Position numbers and translations under genes: made by a program
Notes under the pieces: model-generated
Told to the model about the DNA's origin: nothing
Database searches by the model: none
What the model saw: the letters and a program-made list of their open reading frames with translations, nothing else
Source: Paraphysomonas bandaiensis
Taxonomy: Eukaryota; Protista; Chrysophyceae
Reading direction: 5' to 3'
DNA: 64,000 nt
Assembly (NCBI GenBank): GCA_965644295.1
Contig: CBFFRP010000291.1
Coordinates: 165,602-229,601, forward strand
In this document: positions 1 through 11,911 of the stretch, piece by piece
Position numbering within the stretch: the stretch's first letter is position 1
How the letters are laid out: every line of letters starts with the position of its first letter

Positions 1-983
1 TCACCATGTACTTGTACCTGTATACCTGCAGTACAGGCTCTTCTCTTTGTCCAACACACTCATAGCACCGCTGCACTGTCATACACACGCACCTTACACT
101 CTACCTCCTCCTCGAGAACCTCCAGACAAACCATCTCCCCTCCCTCCGTCTCTGACACCTTGCCGTCATCTTCCTTCCACACACACTCTATGCCTCAGTC
201 TGTACCCCCCTGCACCAACACAGACACTAACAAGGGCAGCTGAGGACGTCCGAGTCTCTCCTCCAGACCATCATCATCATCACGATCATCTCGTGCATAG
301 GTCTATCAGAGTACCCGACCTTGGCAGACCTAGTTCTGTTGCGCAGTCCCCCTCTCCTCAATCAGATGTTGCCTCTTTTGCACCATCACACTCCCTCTTG
401 ACTCCCTGTTGCTGGACACACCGGATGACCCTCATATCCCACCCCTGTACAGCTATACACCCTCTTGCATGTGTTCTCTACCGCTGGCTAAGACAGCAAA
501 AGAGCCTATTTCGACGCTTCTTCACAGTAGGCCATAACCTTTTGCAAGACCTTCATCCACATACCTCCGAGCCACTTGGAACAATGCCTAAAGGAAGGCC
601 ACCAGATCGCCAATCTCAGAAGGGCATATTACTGTTTCCCCTAACTGCCATAAGGCTAATAAGTCAGTCCCCGTGAGGTACATAAGGCTATCTATCATAT
701 AGCGAGTGGAGTCTCATCCCAAGAGGAGACCTCCAGATCACACGCGCCGGTGAGTCCCAGGACACACGATCATGGCGAGCCTCATAACACACACTAAGAA
801 CGGAAGTGGTTGCACCTTGGTGCTTGCGGCGACGCACAAGCAGCTTCTGTAGCGTTAAATAGTAGGATAAAAGAGTTTGTATTGATTAGTTACGGGTAGT
901 AGTCTAACTAGTATGACTAGCATTCTTCTAGCCACTAATTGGTGCAGGCTTTCAACGCCTATTGCTAAATAATCAGACATTCA
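1..983 (-). mobile_element. Decayed LTR-retroelement 5' end: ~195-bp LTR-like segment (790-983) plus PBS-like GTTATGAG; internal region runs off the window
   Basis: On the minus strand the segment starts TGAATGTC. It shares blocks with 52387-52594 (AAGCTGCTTGTGCGTC.CCGCAAGCACCAAG.TGCAA) and its start with 14834. It is followed by GTTATGAG, resembling the Copia GGTTATG(A/G)GCCC half-tRNAiMet PBS. No intact gag/pol is readable. Confidence 0.45.
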
Positions 984-1061
984 ATATACACGTGTACAGT
1001 TTATGTATGTATGTACAGTACTTCTCTTAATATACTGTAATATATAATACACATCAGATAT

Positions 1062-1480
1062 CAGGGGGCGATAACAATATATTGCAATATATTGCCAGCA
1101 AAAATTAATGATAACAATAATAATATTTTAAAGACCAATAATAAATATGTTGCAATATATTGATATATATTAGGCGCTAAGAACAAAAATTAGCTCGATC
1201 GGTAGTAACTAGTTAGTATAGGATACAACATGATGATGAAAATCCAATAACAATGCAGCAACTAGTAGTACTCCAAGTATTCCAGCTCTTCGTCACTGTC
1301 GCCCTCATTCTCGTCATGATCGGACGGTCCATCACCTGTTGTACTGCCTTTGCGGTCCACAAACGCTTGTTGATGCGAAGAAACAGCAGCCGTTCGAGGC
1401 GTCGTGGGGTCATTCCTTGTTGCAAGAGTGTCATGATAATCATCTTGGCTCTGCTGAAAAACCCCTTTGAATAATATCAG
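1062..1480 (-). mobile_element. hAT-family DNA transposon remnant (transposase C-terminus plus one terminus)
   Basis: Minus strand reads VFSRAKMIIMT..QGMTPRRLERLLFLRINKRLW, matching the hAT C-terminal dimerisation pattern (FS.A....T..R..M.P..LE.LLFLR.N). A CAGGG terminus at 1062 carries subterminal CAATATATTG repeats. Confidence 0.65.
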
Positions 1481-1563
1481 CATCTACGGAGAGGTGGGAA
1501 GTGTTCTATTCTACTGTATTGTTCTTACAACGGTCATAACTCAAAACCATCAAATTACAGCTC

Positions 1564-2820
1564 CTATACGAAAGATGGACATGGAGGGTCCTGTGAACGA
1601 ACCCACTGCAGAACATCCAAGTGTCCTCCATCAGCAGCAGCAGTGCAAGTACATTTACTCCATGGACATGGAGGGTCCTGTGAACGAAGCCACTTCAGAA
1701 CATCCAACTGTCCACCCTGTGCAGCATTACTGCAAGTATATTCATTCCATGGACATGGAGGGTCCTGTGAACGAAGCCACTTCAGTACATCCAACTGTCC
1801 ACATCTAGCAGCAGAACAGCAAGAATCTGAATTCCATGGACATGGAGGGTCCTGTGAACGAAGCCATTTCAAAACATACATGCGACCACACTCTGAAGCT
1901 GCTTCACAGCTCCATTCATTCCATGGGCATGGAGGGTCCTGTGAACGAAGCCACTTCAGAACATCCAAGTGTCCATTTCTTGCAGCATCATGGCAAGTAT
2001 ATATATTCCATGGACATGGAGGGTCCTGTGAACGAACCCACTTCAGAACATCCAAGTGTCCACATCTAGCAGCACCAGTGCAAGTCCATTCATCCCATGG
2101 GCATGGAGGGTCCTGTGAACGAAGCCACTTCAGAACATTCAAGTGTCCACCTTTTGCAGCAGAACAGCAAGTATATACACCCCATGGACATGGAGGGTCC
2201 TGTGAACGAAGCCACTTCAGAACATCCAAATGTCCTCCCTCTGCAGCAAAATGGCAAGTATCTGAATTCCATGGACATGGAGGGTCATGTGAACGAAGCC
2301 ACTTCAGAACATCCAAGTGTCCACCCTCTGCAGCATTACTGCAAGTCTCTTCATCCCATCGACATGGAGGGTCCTGTGAACGAAGCCATCCCAGAATAGT
2401 TAAGTGTTCACCCTCCGCAGTAGCCCCCCAAGTCTCTTCATACCATGGACATGGAGGGTCCTGTGTATGTGTATCTATATGTGTGTATATGTGTTTCATC
2501 TGCTGTAGTCTGCCGTATTGTGCACATGTATCCATTAGTTTGGTGTGTGGGCAGCCCATAGACAGAGCCCATGAGACCATTGAGTTGGTCATACAGTAGT
2601 GAGATGCATGTGACTCAAGTCTCTCTCTGCTCTTATCAGTGTAGACTATCTCGTGAAATCTCTTACTAGTCATGACCACAGGAAGGAGAGCTGCGTATGG
2701 GATCATAGAGATGATGAGACGCAGCACATCATCATTAAGAACAGATATACTCGACTTATATGAACACTGATTCATAGTGTATATGAGTCTGATGGAGTGT
2801 TTAAGGTGAGATGAGTTCAT
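1564..2820 (-). CDS. Intronless F-box-like plus ankyrin-like repeat protein (10 x 29-aa GHLDVLKWLRSQDPPCPW repeats)
   Basis: 418-aa ORF with an N-terminal F-box-like LNDDVLRLIISMIPYAALLPVVMTSKRF and TCxxAAxxGHLxVLKWLR repeats typical of algal and giant-virus ankyrin-like proteins. The true start may be the later Met (MNQCS). Confidence 0.88.
   Translation of the reverse strand: MNSSHLKHSIRLIYTMNQCSYKSSISVLNDDVLRLIISMIPYAALLPVVMTSKRFHEIVYTDKSRERLESHASHYCMTNSMVSWALSMGCPHTKLMDTCAQYGRLQQMKHIYTHIDTHTQDPPCPWYEETWGATAEGEHLTILGWLRSQDPPCRWDEETCSNAAEGGHLDVLKWLRSHDPPCPWNSDTCHFAAEGGHLDVLKWLRSQDPPCPWGVYTCCSAAKGGHLNVLKWLRSQDPPCPWDEWTCTGAARCGHLDVLKWVRSQDPPCPWNIYTCHDAARNGHLDVLKWLRSQDPPCPWNEWSCEAASECGRMYVLKWLRSQDPPCPWNSDSCCSAARCGQLDVLKWLRSQDPPCPWNEYTCSNAAQGGQLDVLKWLRSQDPPCPWSKCTCTAAADGGHLDVLQWVRSQDPPCPSFV
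1570..2470. repeat. Coding tandem repeat, 87-bp unit, about 10.5 copies
   Basis: CATGGAGGGTCCTGTGAACGAAGCCACTTCAGAACATCCAA recurs with an 87-bp period. Confidence 0.95.
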
Positions 2821-2831
2821 ATCTATGTATA

Positions 2832-2982
2832 TACATATATAGACAGCATCTTATTTTTCGGAAATGTATTGAAGCAAAATTTATCTATATTACTGCAATA
2901 CAACTACGGCTGGAATACAGATAATTGTTGTCTCAATATTAGAGGCATATTGGAATAAAAATATACAAAGGATGCCGATACA
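2832..2982 (+). mobile_element. 151-bp MITE-like element, copy 1 (left TIR decayed)
   Basis: CAGCATCTTATTTTTCGGAAAT...ATATACAAAGGATGCCGATAC aligns with five other copies; TA flanks. Confidence 0.85.
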
Positions 2983-4004
2983 TATACAGTATATACAGAG
3001 AGCGGGACATACAAGCTGCACTATATCCCATATTGGTTCACAGAATACTGTCGTGTATATGATGGTATACCAGTGGAATACTCAAGCAATACAGAGTACA
3101 TTTTTGGGCTTATACTAAAAACCACTCTGTGATAGAAAACTGGCAGATTTCTATGGAATAGCCACTTTTGAGGTTGTAAAAACACTGTTTTGTATATAGA
3201 CAACATACTGAGTATCGTACAGCAGACAGCAGTATCATCTTTAGATCACAGCACAGTTACTACAAACATATATGAGTGACAGAGATTCAGATAGAGGATG
3301 CGAGTCACCCCTAAGAACAAGAGGAAGAACTGTTTGTTCTACGTATGTCTTGACCGTCTATAGTCTGGTTGAGTGATAGCTGTATATGAACTAACTACCA
3401 TACTATATAGATATATATACACATATATGGATATGAGATCATATGATATCATAATATGAATACTGCGGATACTATGAATTAATATTGTTAACATCATCAT
3501 ATTCTCCTTGAGATGAACACTATAGTGATATTATTAGGTGGTGAGTCTTGCTGAGTATATATCATGGTCTTGTAACCATTAATTGTTCTTAATGGCATTT
3601 ACTAGTACTTGATATATATTATGCTATAAAGAATGAAGTGTTTCAAAGATAGATGCCCCATTCGTAGTGCGTGGCCAAAGTGTAGGCTCGCTGGTATACC
3701 ACCTTTAAGTATCAATTTGGTGGAATTTCCTAGCCACACCGAAATTGGTGTAAAACCCTAGTCAATATTTCAATAAATTTTGATTGAATATGGTGATGAG
3801 TATAAGGAAAAGTTCTATTAGCTAAGCAGTAGTGGGGTTGATTGTCATGTGATCTTAATGACTAGTACTAATAATGGAATCTATGAATGTGTTTACTCAT
3901 TGACTAATGGTACTAATACATAGCAATAATAGTGTTGGGCAACAGTATTGTTGGGTCGTAGCATGTTCAGGTAGTACATCGTTGAGAAAATTGGGATTTC
4001 GAAG

Positions 4005-4337
4005 AAAGGTAGAAAAACATAAGTGAATTGTGTTTCTTTCCTGTAACTGATACAGCACATTATGCGTTGCGTGTTTTGTGTGTTTTGGTATATGCATATA
4101 TAGGGGTGGAGGGTGCCCTATATTGACAGCTTAACTAATTACCACGTTTGACCGCCTAGTAAGTGCAGCTGAGTGTTGCGACCGCGCACCTCTACCTATG
4201 TACACATTGCTCAGTGATAATGATGAAGCTAGATAGGTTCAGTATGTAGCTAACAAATAACGTACTATGTGACTTAATCAAGTATTAGTTAGATACCCAC
4301 CCGGCTCTACCTAAGTACGCACTCAGAATGGAGCAGC
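4005..4337 (-). repeat. Dispersed repeat, inverted copy of 22065-22470; contains an internal PIF/Harbinger-like TIR unit (4111-4337)
   Basis: Long colinear reverse-complement match (e.g. GCTGAGTGTTGCGACCGCGCAC; CTCTACCTAAGTACGC.CTCAGAATGG). Confidence 0.8.
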
Positions 4338-4627
4338 TTTGAGTGATTAGTGTGACTAGATAATTCAACCAACTTGACTACTAGGTTGAATAATAGTTCC
4401 CTATACAAACTGATACATATGATACGAGCATTCTTCATCCCCTTTGCTACACTGCGATTATTACTATAAATCTAGAATTGTTTTACACAAATCAGAGCAC
4501 TTGTTACACTTACAACAGTTTCCGCAACTATTGAATTATTATTACAAAAATACTTAATATATATCACAAATTATACGATGCCACATGTCACAAGCCAATA
4601 ACGTATAAGAAAGTAGAAAGCAGAGCA

Positions 4628-7406
4628 CTATTGTCCGCTGGAGCGAGGTCTCCGTGAACTACCCGAATCTTTTTGTGTATCCCTGGAGTCTAAAACCTCG
4701 GCAACATGACGATTCTTTTTCTTTGATATTTCAAGTTGATTTAAACTATCAATAATAGCACTGGTTTAAACATAGAAAATGGAAGATACATACACACAAC
4801 CTGTCTTCGATTGATTCCAGACGAACTTGGTGCACTTGGTCTACAACTTCACATGAATCCACCCTTGCAAATATAAATCACCCCATACTTCTCGAAACTA
4901 ATACACCATACCTCTGTGATAACTCTCTAATAAGAAGAGTGGTGTGTTGCCTATCAGCGTCAAGAGCTGCAGAATCTACCCCTTCTCCTTTCTAAAGTGT
5001 AGAGCACTTAAGATCACTGAAGTCAAATTTCCACAATACCAAACTCACAGATTTGAAATTTGCCCATTTGGCTTCTACGGTATTGAGTTTGTCTTCTAAA
5101 GCTAAATTCGTACGCCTCAAAGAACGAATCGCCTCAACAATATCCTGGACGGAGTGAATACTCCTCGACCCTACAGAAAAACATGTGATACAGAAAACGG
5201 TTTAAATTTACCACTACCCGATATAGAGCAAAATGACTCTAGTTTTCTAATGTGGTTAGCCAGTGCCTTAAACTCCGAAGGCTTTGCTGACGTCTCCTCT
5301 GTTGGGCGCTCTGTACGGATTTTAGATACGAAAATACTAATTGTGGTTAAGTAAACCTTCCACACGTGAGGTGCAGAGTAATTTTTCATGTTGGTGAACT
5401 TTCTTGTTAAGAGAACCAGTTGCATGTTTTAAACTGCTGAACTCCCTCTGTACATCTGTATATACTATTTTACTGACGGTTCATGAATGGGGAAAATAGA
5501 TGTCTTCATAACAGCAACAATCATTATATATACACAGGTACCAAACCTGCGAGAGAATGGCGGATGGAATCCACCTTTTTAATCTCAGACTCTACTCCAT
5601 GAACACGCTTTTTCACTAAAGAAGGATATAAGTCTATGATATGTGCTTCATACAGGGGGTGATTACGTACGATTGTTATACATTTCCACAACGGACTGTT
5701 CTGTAGAAGTTCGACCTCTACCTCCCAAGACAATCTCAGCTTTGATCACTTCGTCCAGTTCTAAATATTACACCAACTTAAATAAACGGCTGAAAAATAT
5801 GCCCTACTACACACCATTGATTCTTCCCTCAAGATCTACAACCACAGCTGACAGAGGGACTGAGAGGGGGGATCCCTGCTGGGCTCTCAGTTCCTGAATC
5901 TGAAGCATATGGCCACAACGTTAGATGTATTAGCAAGCATACGTACACCAGACACAACCTGTTCATTTGTAGCATCTAGACCTAAACTCAACTCTGAAAG
6001 GCTAGATATGTCTGTATTAAAATGATATCACGGCACATTCTTGGAGATACTTGTTCTAAACCTTCCGAATGCTTCTTTATACAGTTGGCCTGAGCCTGCA
6101 TCACAGAACATGTCAAAGTGGAAAAAACTGCAGCACAGTCAAACCTGCACATTATTCGAGAGACGATTCTCTGCTTGCTCTAGTGATACAATACGGCTCT
6201 CAATATCCCCATACAAACGTGTCTCTAATGCCTCCAGTTTCGACGTGGCAGAAACCTGTAGACGGCACCAACTTAAACATATAGGAAAGTTGCCTCTATT
6301 ATTAGTACCAATCGGGAAGTCGTAGTTTTCTTTAAGGCTTCATCTCTCCCAGCAGCAAGAAGACGCTCCATACGAGCGGAGTTAGTGCCTGATCCCGGGC
6401 TACTCTGAACATGACTTCCACCTATCATTCCATCCAAGTATCCCATTGGCATACCATCATCCCTACTTCTGCAGTGCGAGGTATATTAAGGCAGATAAAT
6501 TACACTGCCAATTATGTTACCCTAGGTTAAGTGAAGTTATGGTCTTTTCGTGTTCGGCAAGCACGTTTTCGATTGCTCGTATACTCTACACATACGGTAA
6601 ACTTTAGCACCAGTCGCCTCAAAAGTTCAGTCACTACGTACTCGCTCAACAGAAGCTCTATCCGCCTTATCACCCAGCCTCTCGTGAGCCTCTGTCTGGC
6701 CCATCTAATATAACATCAAAAAACCAGGTTATAGCTGCGAAATACTATTCCTAACCTTCATGTCCAATAGATACTTCATCTCCGGTCTGTCAACTTTCAA
6801 CGAAACAGTTTCTTGTAATTCATCTACAGTACAGCGTAACTTATTACAATGCTCTTTTGTTGCAAAATCTTGAAGCTGACTGTTGATTGACTTCACATTA
6901 ACTTCCAAATGAAGGAGGCGTGTCTTAATCTCATCAACATTTTTTTCTAATAGAGGAGAATGCTGACCATTACAAGACACTGTAGTCTTCTTTTGTCGAT
7001 AATTTGACATAACTAAATCAGTTTTATCAACTTTTCGTTTCATGGACTCATCAACATAACGAATTGTTGCTTTTCTTTCCATATTTGCTCGTATTTCTGC
7101 TAATTGTGCAGTTAATGAACTCATATCATCAATAGTAGCAATACGACTCTGTGCTATGAGTTTAGACTCTATCATATGACTGACATCCGTATTATTAACT
7201 TTCTCTACTGAGATTTTATCAATATCTTTACGTAGAGCAGAGAGTGTATCAGTTAATGAGGCTATTTGATGATGTTGTCGTTCTATATACTCAAATGCCA
7301 TACAGAATGAAGATCGTAGAACATCCTGCATATTTCTCCACTTCCCTTCACCATATGAGAGATCATGTAGATCAATACCAGGGAATAAAGTAGTTGATGT
7401 ATTCAT
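4628..7406 (-). CDS. Multi-exon hypothetical coiled-coil protein
   Basis: Exon 1 is MNTSTTLFPG...EGKWRNMQDVLRSSF with heptad-rich sequence. Downstream segments are bounded by GT/AG, and the last exon ends ...RPRSSGQ* at 4628. A single-gene model is assumed. Confidence 0.6.
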
Positions 7407-7813
7407 ATGAAAGAAGTTAGTATGTGAATATGTGATCCTCACTTCGTGGGTTTATCTTTTGGTTGTATCGTTGAGGTGTATGTATGATAATGTATGTGAG
7501 GGTTACCACATAGCCGTTTAGGTATTGATATAATTGAGGTAAAAAACACGGATTACATACGTCCGGTATGCATAGAGGATGAGGTGTAACTCCTTGTAGC
7601 CGGTATATATACTATGTTCATCCCACCACTACACATACATACATACATATATGGATGTAGTACATGTATGGATAGCTGTATGTAACCTCCCATATTTATG
7701 AACCAGCTTAATTAGACTGGCTAACACAGTTATTGCACTCAACAAGGGCATGATCTACCGTCCATTGACATCTGAATATAACCACACTCTGTGGGTGTGA
7801 ATTTAACATCATA

Positions 7814-10127
7814 ATGCCCACAACTGAAGAAGAATTATTCAGTGTATTATCTCTCGAGGTATATACATATATATATAGTCAAACTCTCTCATATATGATG
7901 TTAATACTTTGAATACTAGGCCAGCATATGGGATTCTAAAAGAAGTCAAGATAGAAATCGTATTAGAGAAGGCCCTCAGGCGATTCAGCGTATTGCAGCT
8001 AAAGTCGATAATGCCCTGAAGATACAGGCTCAAAAAGCACCCAAATTAACACTTTCACGAAAGAAAAGAGAAATATATCATTATAGAAACAAAGCTCTTT
8101 TAGATGATTTTCGAACTGAAAAATGTGGACTGGAAATGCTACTTGCTGACGGTGAGTCTGCTGTAGTTCGATACTACGGCAACAAGTCCAACATTATCAC
8201 TTCTGAAGTCGGTTTTATTCAGCCGTCTGAGTCATCCATTAATTCTCATTTAAATAAGAGTCAATTGCGGTTAACCGGTTACCCGCAGTCTTTAGTGGAT
8301 ATGTTACATGATCGCAACTGCATCGATGATGGAAACTCTACTGCAGCAGCATTGTGGAACATTCAGCGACAGATGGCTGGAGTTATTGGAGGGTCGCGTT
8401 TCAGTGAGGCTGAGCCTATCACTCGTCCGAGCAGTCTACTTGCAATGATAAATACTCTTCAGCTTGGGGAGATCATGCTAACAAAGGACAGCAAAGGGGT
8501 GGAAGATGTTACCTCTAAGTTGTCTCTTTTTTTTGTTCTCTGTGTGGATATGTTAATGGATATGTTGGCGTGGATGGAAACCCCTGAAGATAATGGTAGC
8601 AGCGCAGAATGCTTATACATACCGTTGGTGTTGACGCAATGTGTCAGAACACTTCGTGCTGTACTCATGTCGGATTGTGAAGGTGGATTTATTGCACACC
8701 GTAATCAAAATCCAGAGGAGACAAGGGAATACAACTCACGGCTAACGAATAGTCTGGTACAGTGGATGGACCGCTTAGCGGGCGAGAGAAAATGTCCATC
8801 TGTTCTTCCTAGAGATATTGCATCTCCGTCACCGAATGAGGTGTTCAGTGGTGGACATGCTACTCATGCCAATTCTCTCGTCACTGACTTGCTTGTCTGT
8901 GGGAAATGTGCGGTTCACCTTCTTTTGATTGAGAGTGATGTTAGTACGATATGTCATGGGTTAGGAGAGCCCTATCATACCGACGCAGATCGGTTAATTA
9001 GTTCTGGTAGTGCACTTAGTCTTATTGTCTTAACAGAGCTCTCCGGTATAGTCAACCCGCTTCGACGGGTCAGCCAAGGAGATGTCAGGGCAGCAGAGAA
9101 TGTATATAGTGAGGCTAGTGCCTGTCTGAATTTTACTGCTGTGTGTTTTACAACTGGGATGATATCGCTTTCGTTATTGAGGTGTCTGGAAATAGGACAA
9201 CAAGTCACGCATGATTGCAAATATTCTATGGCGGTACAGTCCGCATGGCTTCAAGCGATCTTATCATCTATCCTGTGTTTGTCTTTGGGCCCAACTGAAG
9301 CAGCAGACGACGATATTGTTGGTCAAATTAACGCCGCTAAGATGGCTCTGATGAAAGCAAAGATCAACGATCAACCTATGGATGAGGCTCACGCAACTAT
9401 GCACATCCCACTTAAGGGGCAGTTCTTCTTGTATCTCGGTACAAGTATTCATGGTGTCTTGGAGGCACTCTCATTACACATCAACGGTGCAAGCATACAA
9501 CATATGGGTTTTTTGATCACCCGGCTGTTGCTGAGAAGTCCGTTTATGACGAATAAAGACATTGAATCATTTCTGGAAGGTGTGCAGGAGCAGGAACTGA
9601 CAGAGGATGAGGTTAAGATGAGACGGGCTGAAAGACGCCGTAAGCGCGCAGAAAAACGACAAGCTGAGAAACTTAAAGCAAAGCTTCGAGGTGCAGAAAA
9701 TGAGAACGAGGGCGAGGAAGAGGGGTTTCCTGCTGTGGCTGAGGTACATGAAGAGGAGGAGGAGGACGACGATGGTATAAGTGTGACTTCTATTGATGAT
9801 TGGAAGGAATGTAACAGGGATGCTGATGATAAGCTTATCGACGAAAGTAAAGAAGATATTGACGGAAAACAACTTAGTCTAAGTGAGGTACTCGTGCTGT
9901 CTGGAGAGCAGAATATGCAGTCACCGGAGGTTATGGAACAATGGCTACTACTTATTCATCACCTAGCAACGAGGTCTGCTATGTCGAAACAATCACTTAT
10001 AAACTTTTATGTTGATCGAATTGTACATAAAGTACTGGCCATTCAGATTAGTGATACGTATGTTATTGCTTTGTGTGAAATTTGTTTGTCTTTATTAAAG
10101 GCAGATGAAGAGGAATCTGAGCTTTGA
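7814..10127 (+). CDS. Hypothetical helical protein (2 exons) with a charged/acidic tract
   Basis: Exon 1 MPTTEEELFSVLSLE, intron 7859-7919, then exon 2 in frame with the 663-aa ORF 8136-10127. Confidence 0.8.
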
Positions 10128-10738
10128 TTTAGTATATCTGAGTAGTATTATTGTATATTTCTTGTAAATATATAGAAATTCAAATTACTCTCTACAAGTA
10201 CTATTCTTTAGTTGGCGCGTCATAATACCGTACTAGATATAGTGCAGAGTAAGTAACAGAAATAGTACTAAGATTTTTCTCCGATGCTATGCAGTCAACC
10301 AGCCATCCTCTCGTCTCCTCATGACCACACAGCAAGGTTCCATGAAAAACAACTACACGCAACCACTTGTAGCAATTACTTTTCTAATACCAATTAATTC
10401 AATTTTTTCGAGGAAGTCCATGCGACCCCTCCCCTCCCTTGATAAATCATATAACCAAGAAGGGCCCATGTATACATTGCGTAGTATGTAGACCCGTCAA
10501 GTCGTTACCTGTCCCCCTCTCTCACACAACGTCTGCAGCATGTATTTGTGTATGTGTTACGCAAATAAGGTGCAGATCTAGTTAGGGTTTGCTTGGCACT
10601 GCACACAAGAAGTACGCAGGGATACTAATGCTTATGTTCACATTGCACATTCCAATCGTCAGAATTACTATACTACGAACAATAATGATAAAAACATATA
10701 TCAATCAATTCCGTTGTGATACAACTCTAAAACTAATA

Positions 10739-11344
10739 CTATAAATAAGTCTTCATAGTTCTCTCACGACTCAAACGCAATGGAGAGTCTGTTAACTTTG
10801 TACCGCAATACCGCACCGGGTGTCGTCTATAATCCACTTCTTTATACAACTTATTTTTCACTGCATGAGCCAGCAGAAATCGAAAGTTTGTCCAAAACTC
10901 CTCTGTGTGTCCCTCAGAAAGAGACATAACATGAGCCAGCTCGTGAATCGCTATATACCGAACCGTATTTTCATCCTCTAAATGCTGGCCATATTGTGAT
11001 GTACGAATACAAAGCACAATGAATTCTCCCTTATTAATAGAGTATGAGGTCAGATTGGACCTCCAGTTCTCCTTTATATTACCACTGCGATATCTTGATA
11101 TCAGTCGCAGCACACGATTATCATTCTTAAATCCTCTATTCAAATGAGTACATAGAGTGTCTAGTGTTCTCCTCACACGAGCAAGAAGATCAGCAGCCTC
11201 ATATTTATTATCGATATCAAGAACTGAATAAGATATATTGTCCACTTGAGATCTGATTAGATACAAACTGCGCTCTTCAGTTGCACTATAGATGATATTA
11301 GATGATAGGGAGAACCATACAATTATGGTAAATACTATGTACAT
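10739..11344 (-). CDS. Intronless Zn-metallopeptidase of the Nucleocytoviricota WLM-like family
   Basis: TSYSINKGEFIVLCIR, YIAIHELAHVMSLSEGHTEEFWTNFRFLL (HExxH plus GH), YRRHPVRYCG and an N-terminal hydrophobic anchor. I recognise this motif set from giant-virus metallopeptidases. Confidence 0.85.
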   Translation of the reverse strand: MYIVFTIIVWFSLSSNIIYSATEERSLYLIRSQVDNISYSVLDIDNKYEAADLLARVRRTLDTLCTHLNRGFKNDNRVLRLISRYRSGNIKENWRSNLTSYSINKGEFIVLCIRTSQYGQHLEDENTVRYIAIHELAHVMSLSEGHTEEFWTNFRFLLAHAVKNKLYKEVDYRRHPVRYCGTKLTDSPLRLSRERTMKTYL

Positions 11345-11382
11345 TATACACTTAACTGATCCATACCCAACTAGACGATTAT

Positions 11383-11533
11383 CGTATCGGCAGTCAGCAT
11401 CTAATTTTTCGGAAATAAATTGAATTAAATATACTCTTTATTAATGCAATACAACTACGGCTTTAATACAGGTAATTGTTGTCTCAATAATAGAGGCATA
11501 TATGAACAAAAATATACAAATGATGCCGACACG
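11383..11533 (+). mobile_element. 151-bp MITE-like element, copy 2
   Basis: TIRs CGTATCGGCA...TGCCGACACG; internal sequence aligns with the other copies. Confidence 0.9.
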
Positions 11534-11650
11534 ATGTATGTATGTATGTATGTATGTATGTATGTATGTATGTATGTATGTATGTATGTATGCATGTATG
11601 TATGTACAGTAGGTAGTATGTAGGTGTACGTGTGTATGTATGTAGGTAGG
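11534..11650. repeat. (ATGT)n microsatellite with degenerate GTAG/GTAT tail
   Basis: Direct reading; it abuts the right end of MITE copy 2. Confidence 0.95.
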
Positions 11651-11911
11651 TACACATTCTCTGAATTTGATTTTTTGAATTTGGCTCTTTTTCTTCTGGG
11701 TGTATATGTATGGTATGGTATGGTATGGTGTATATGGTGCCTGGTATTCTGCTGTGTATCATCTCTATACGACATGTACAGAGTGTAGTAGTCTCTCTAG
11801 TGTCTATATGCACATAGCTACAGTCTCCATACCATACATATATATAGAACCCTTCCATCTATCGATAACATCACATACATCCCCCTATCACCCCCCTCCC
11901 ATCCTCTTGTG

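Noticed and set aside
47-676. 209-aa Pro/His-rich ORF
   Set aside because: Non-ATG start, low complexity, no recognisable domain, and it lies in a probable decayed retroelement.
1570-2470. CRISPR-like array (constant blocks with variable spacers)
   Set aside because: The period is 87 bp (29 codons) within one open reading frame, the spacers are homologous, the context is eukaryotic and there are no cas genes.
1467-2599. Plus-strand ORFs (HGHGGSCERSH / MDMEGPVNE repeats)
   Set aside because: Antisense and alternate-frame shadows of the ankyrin-like repeat gene.
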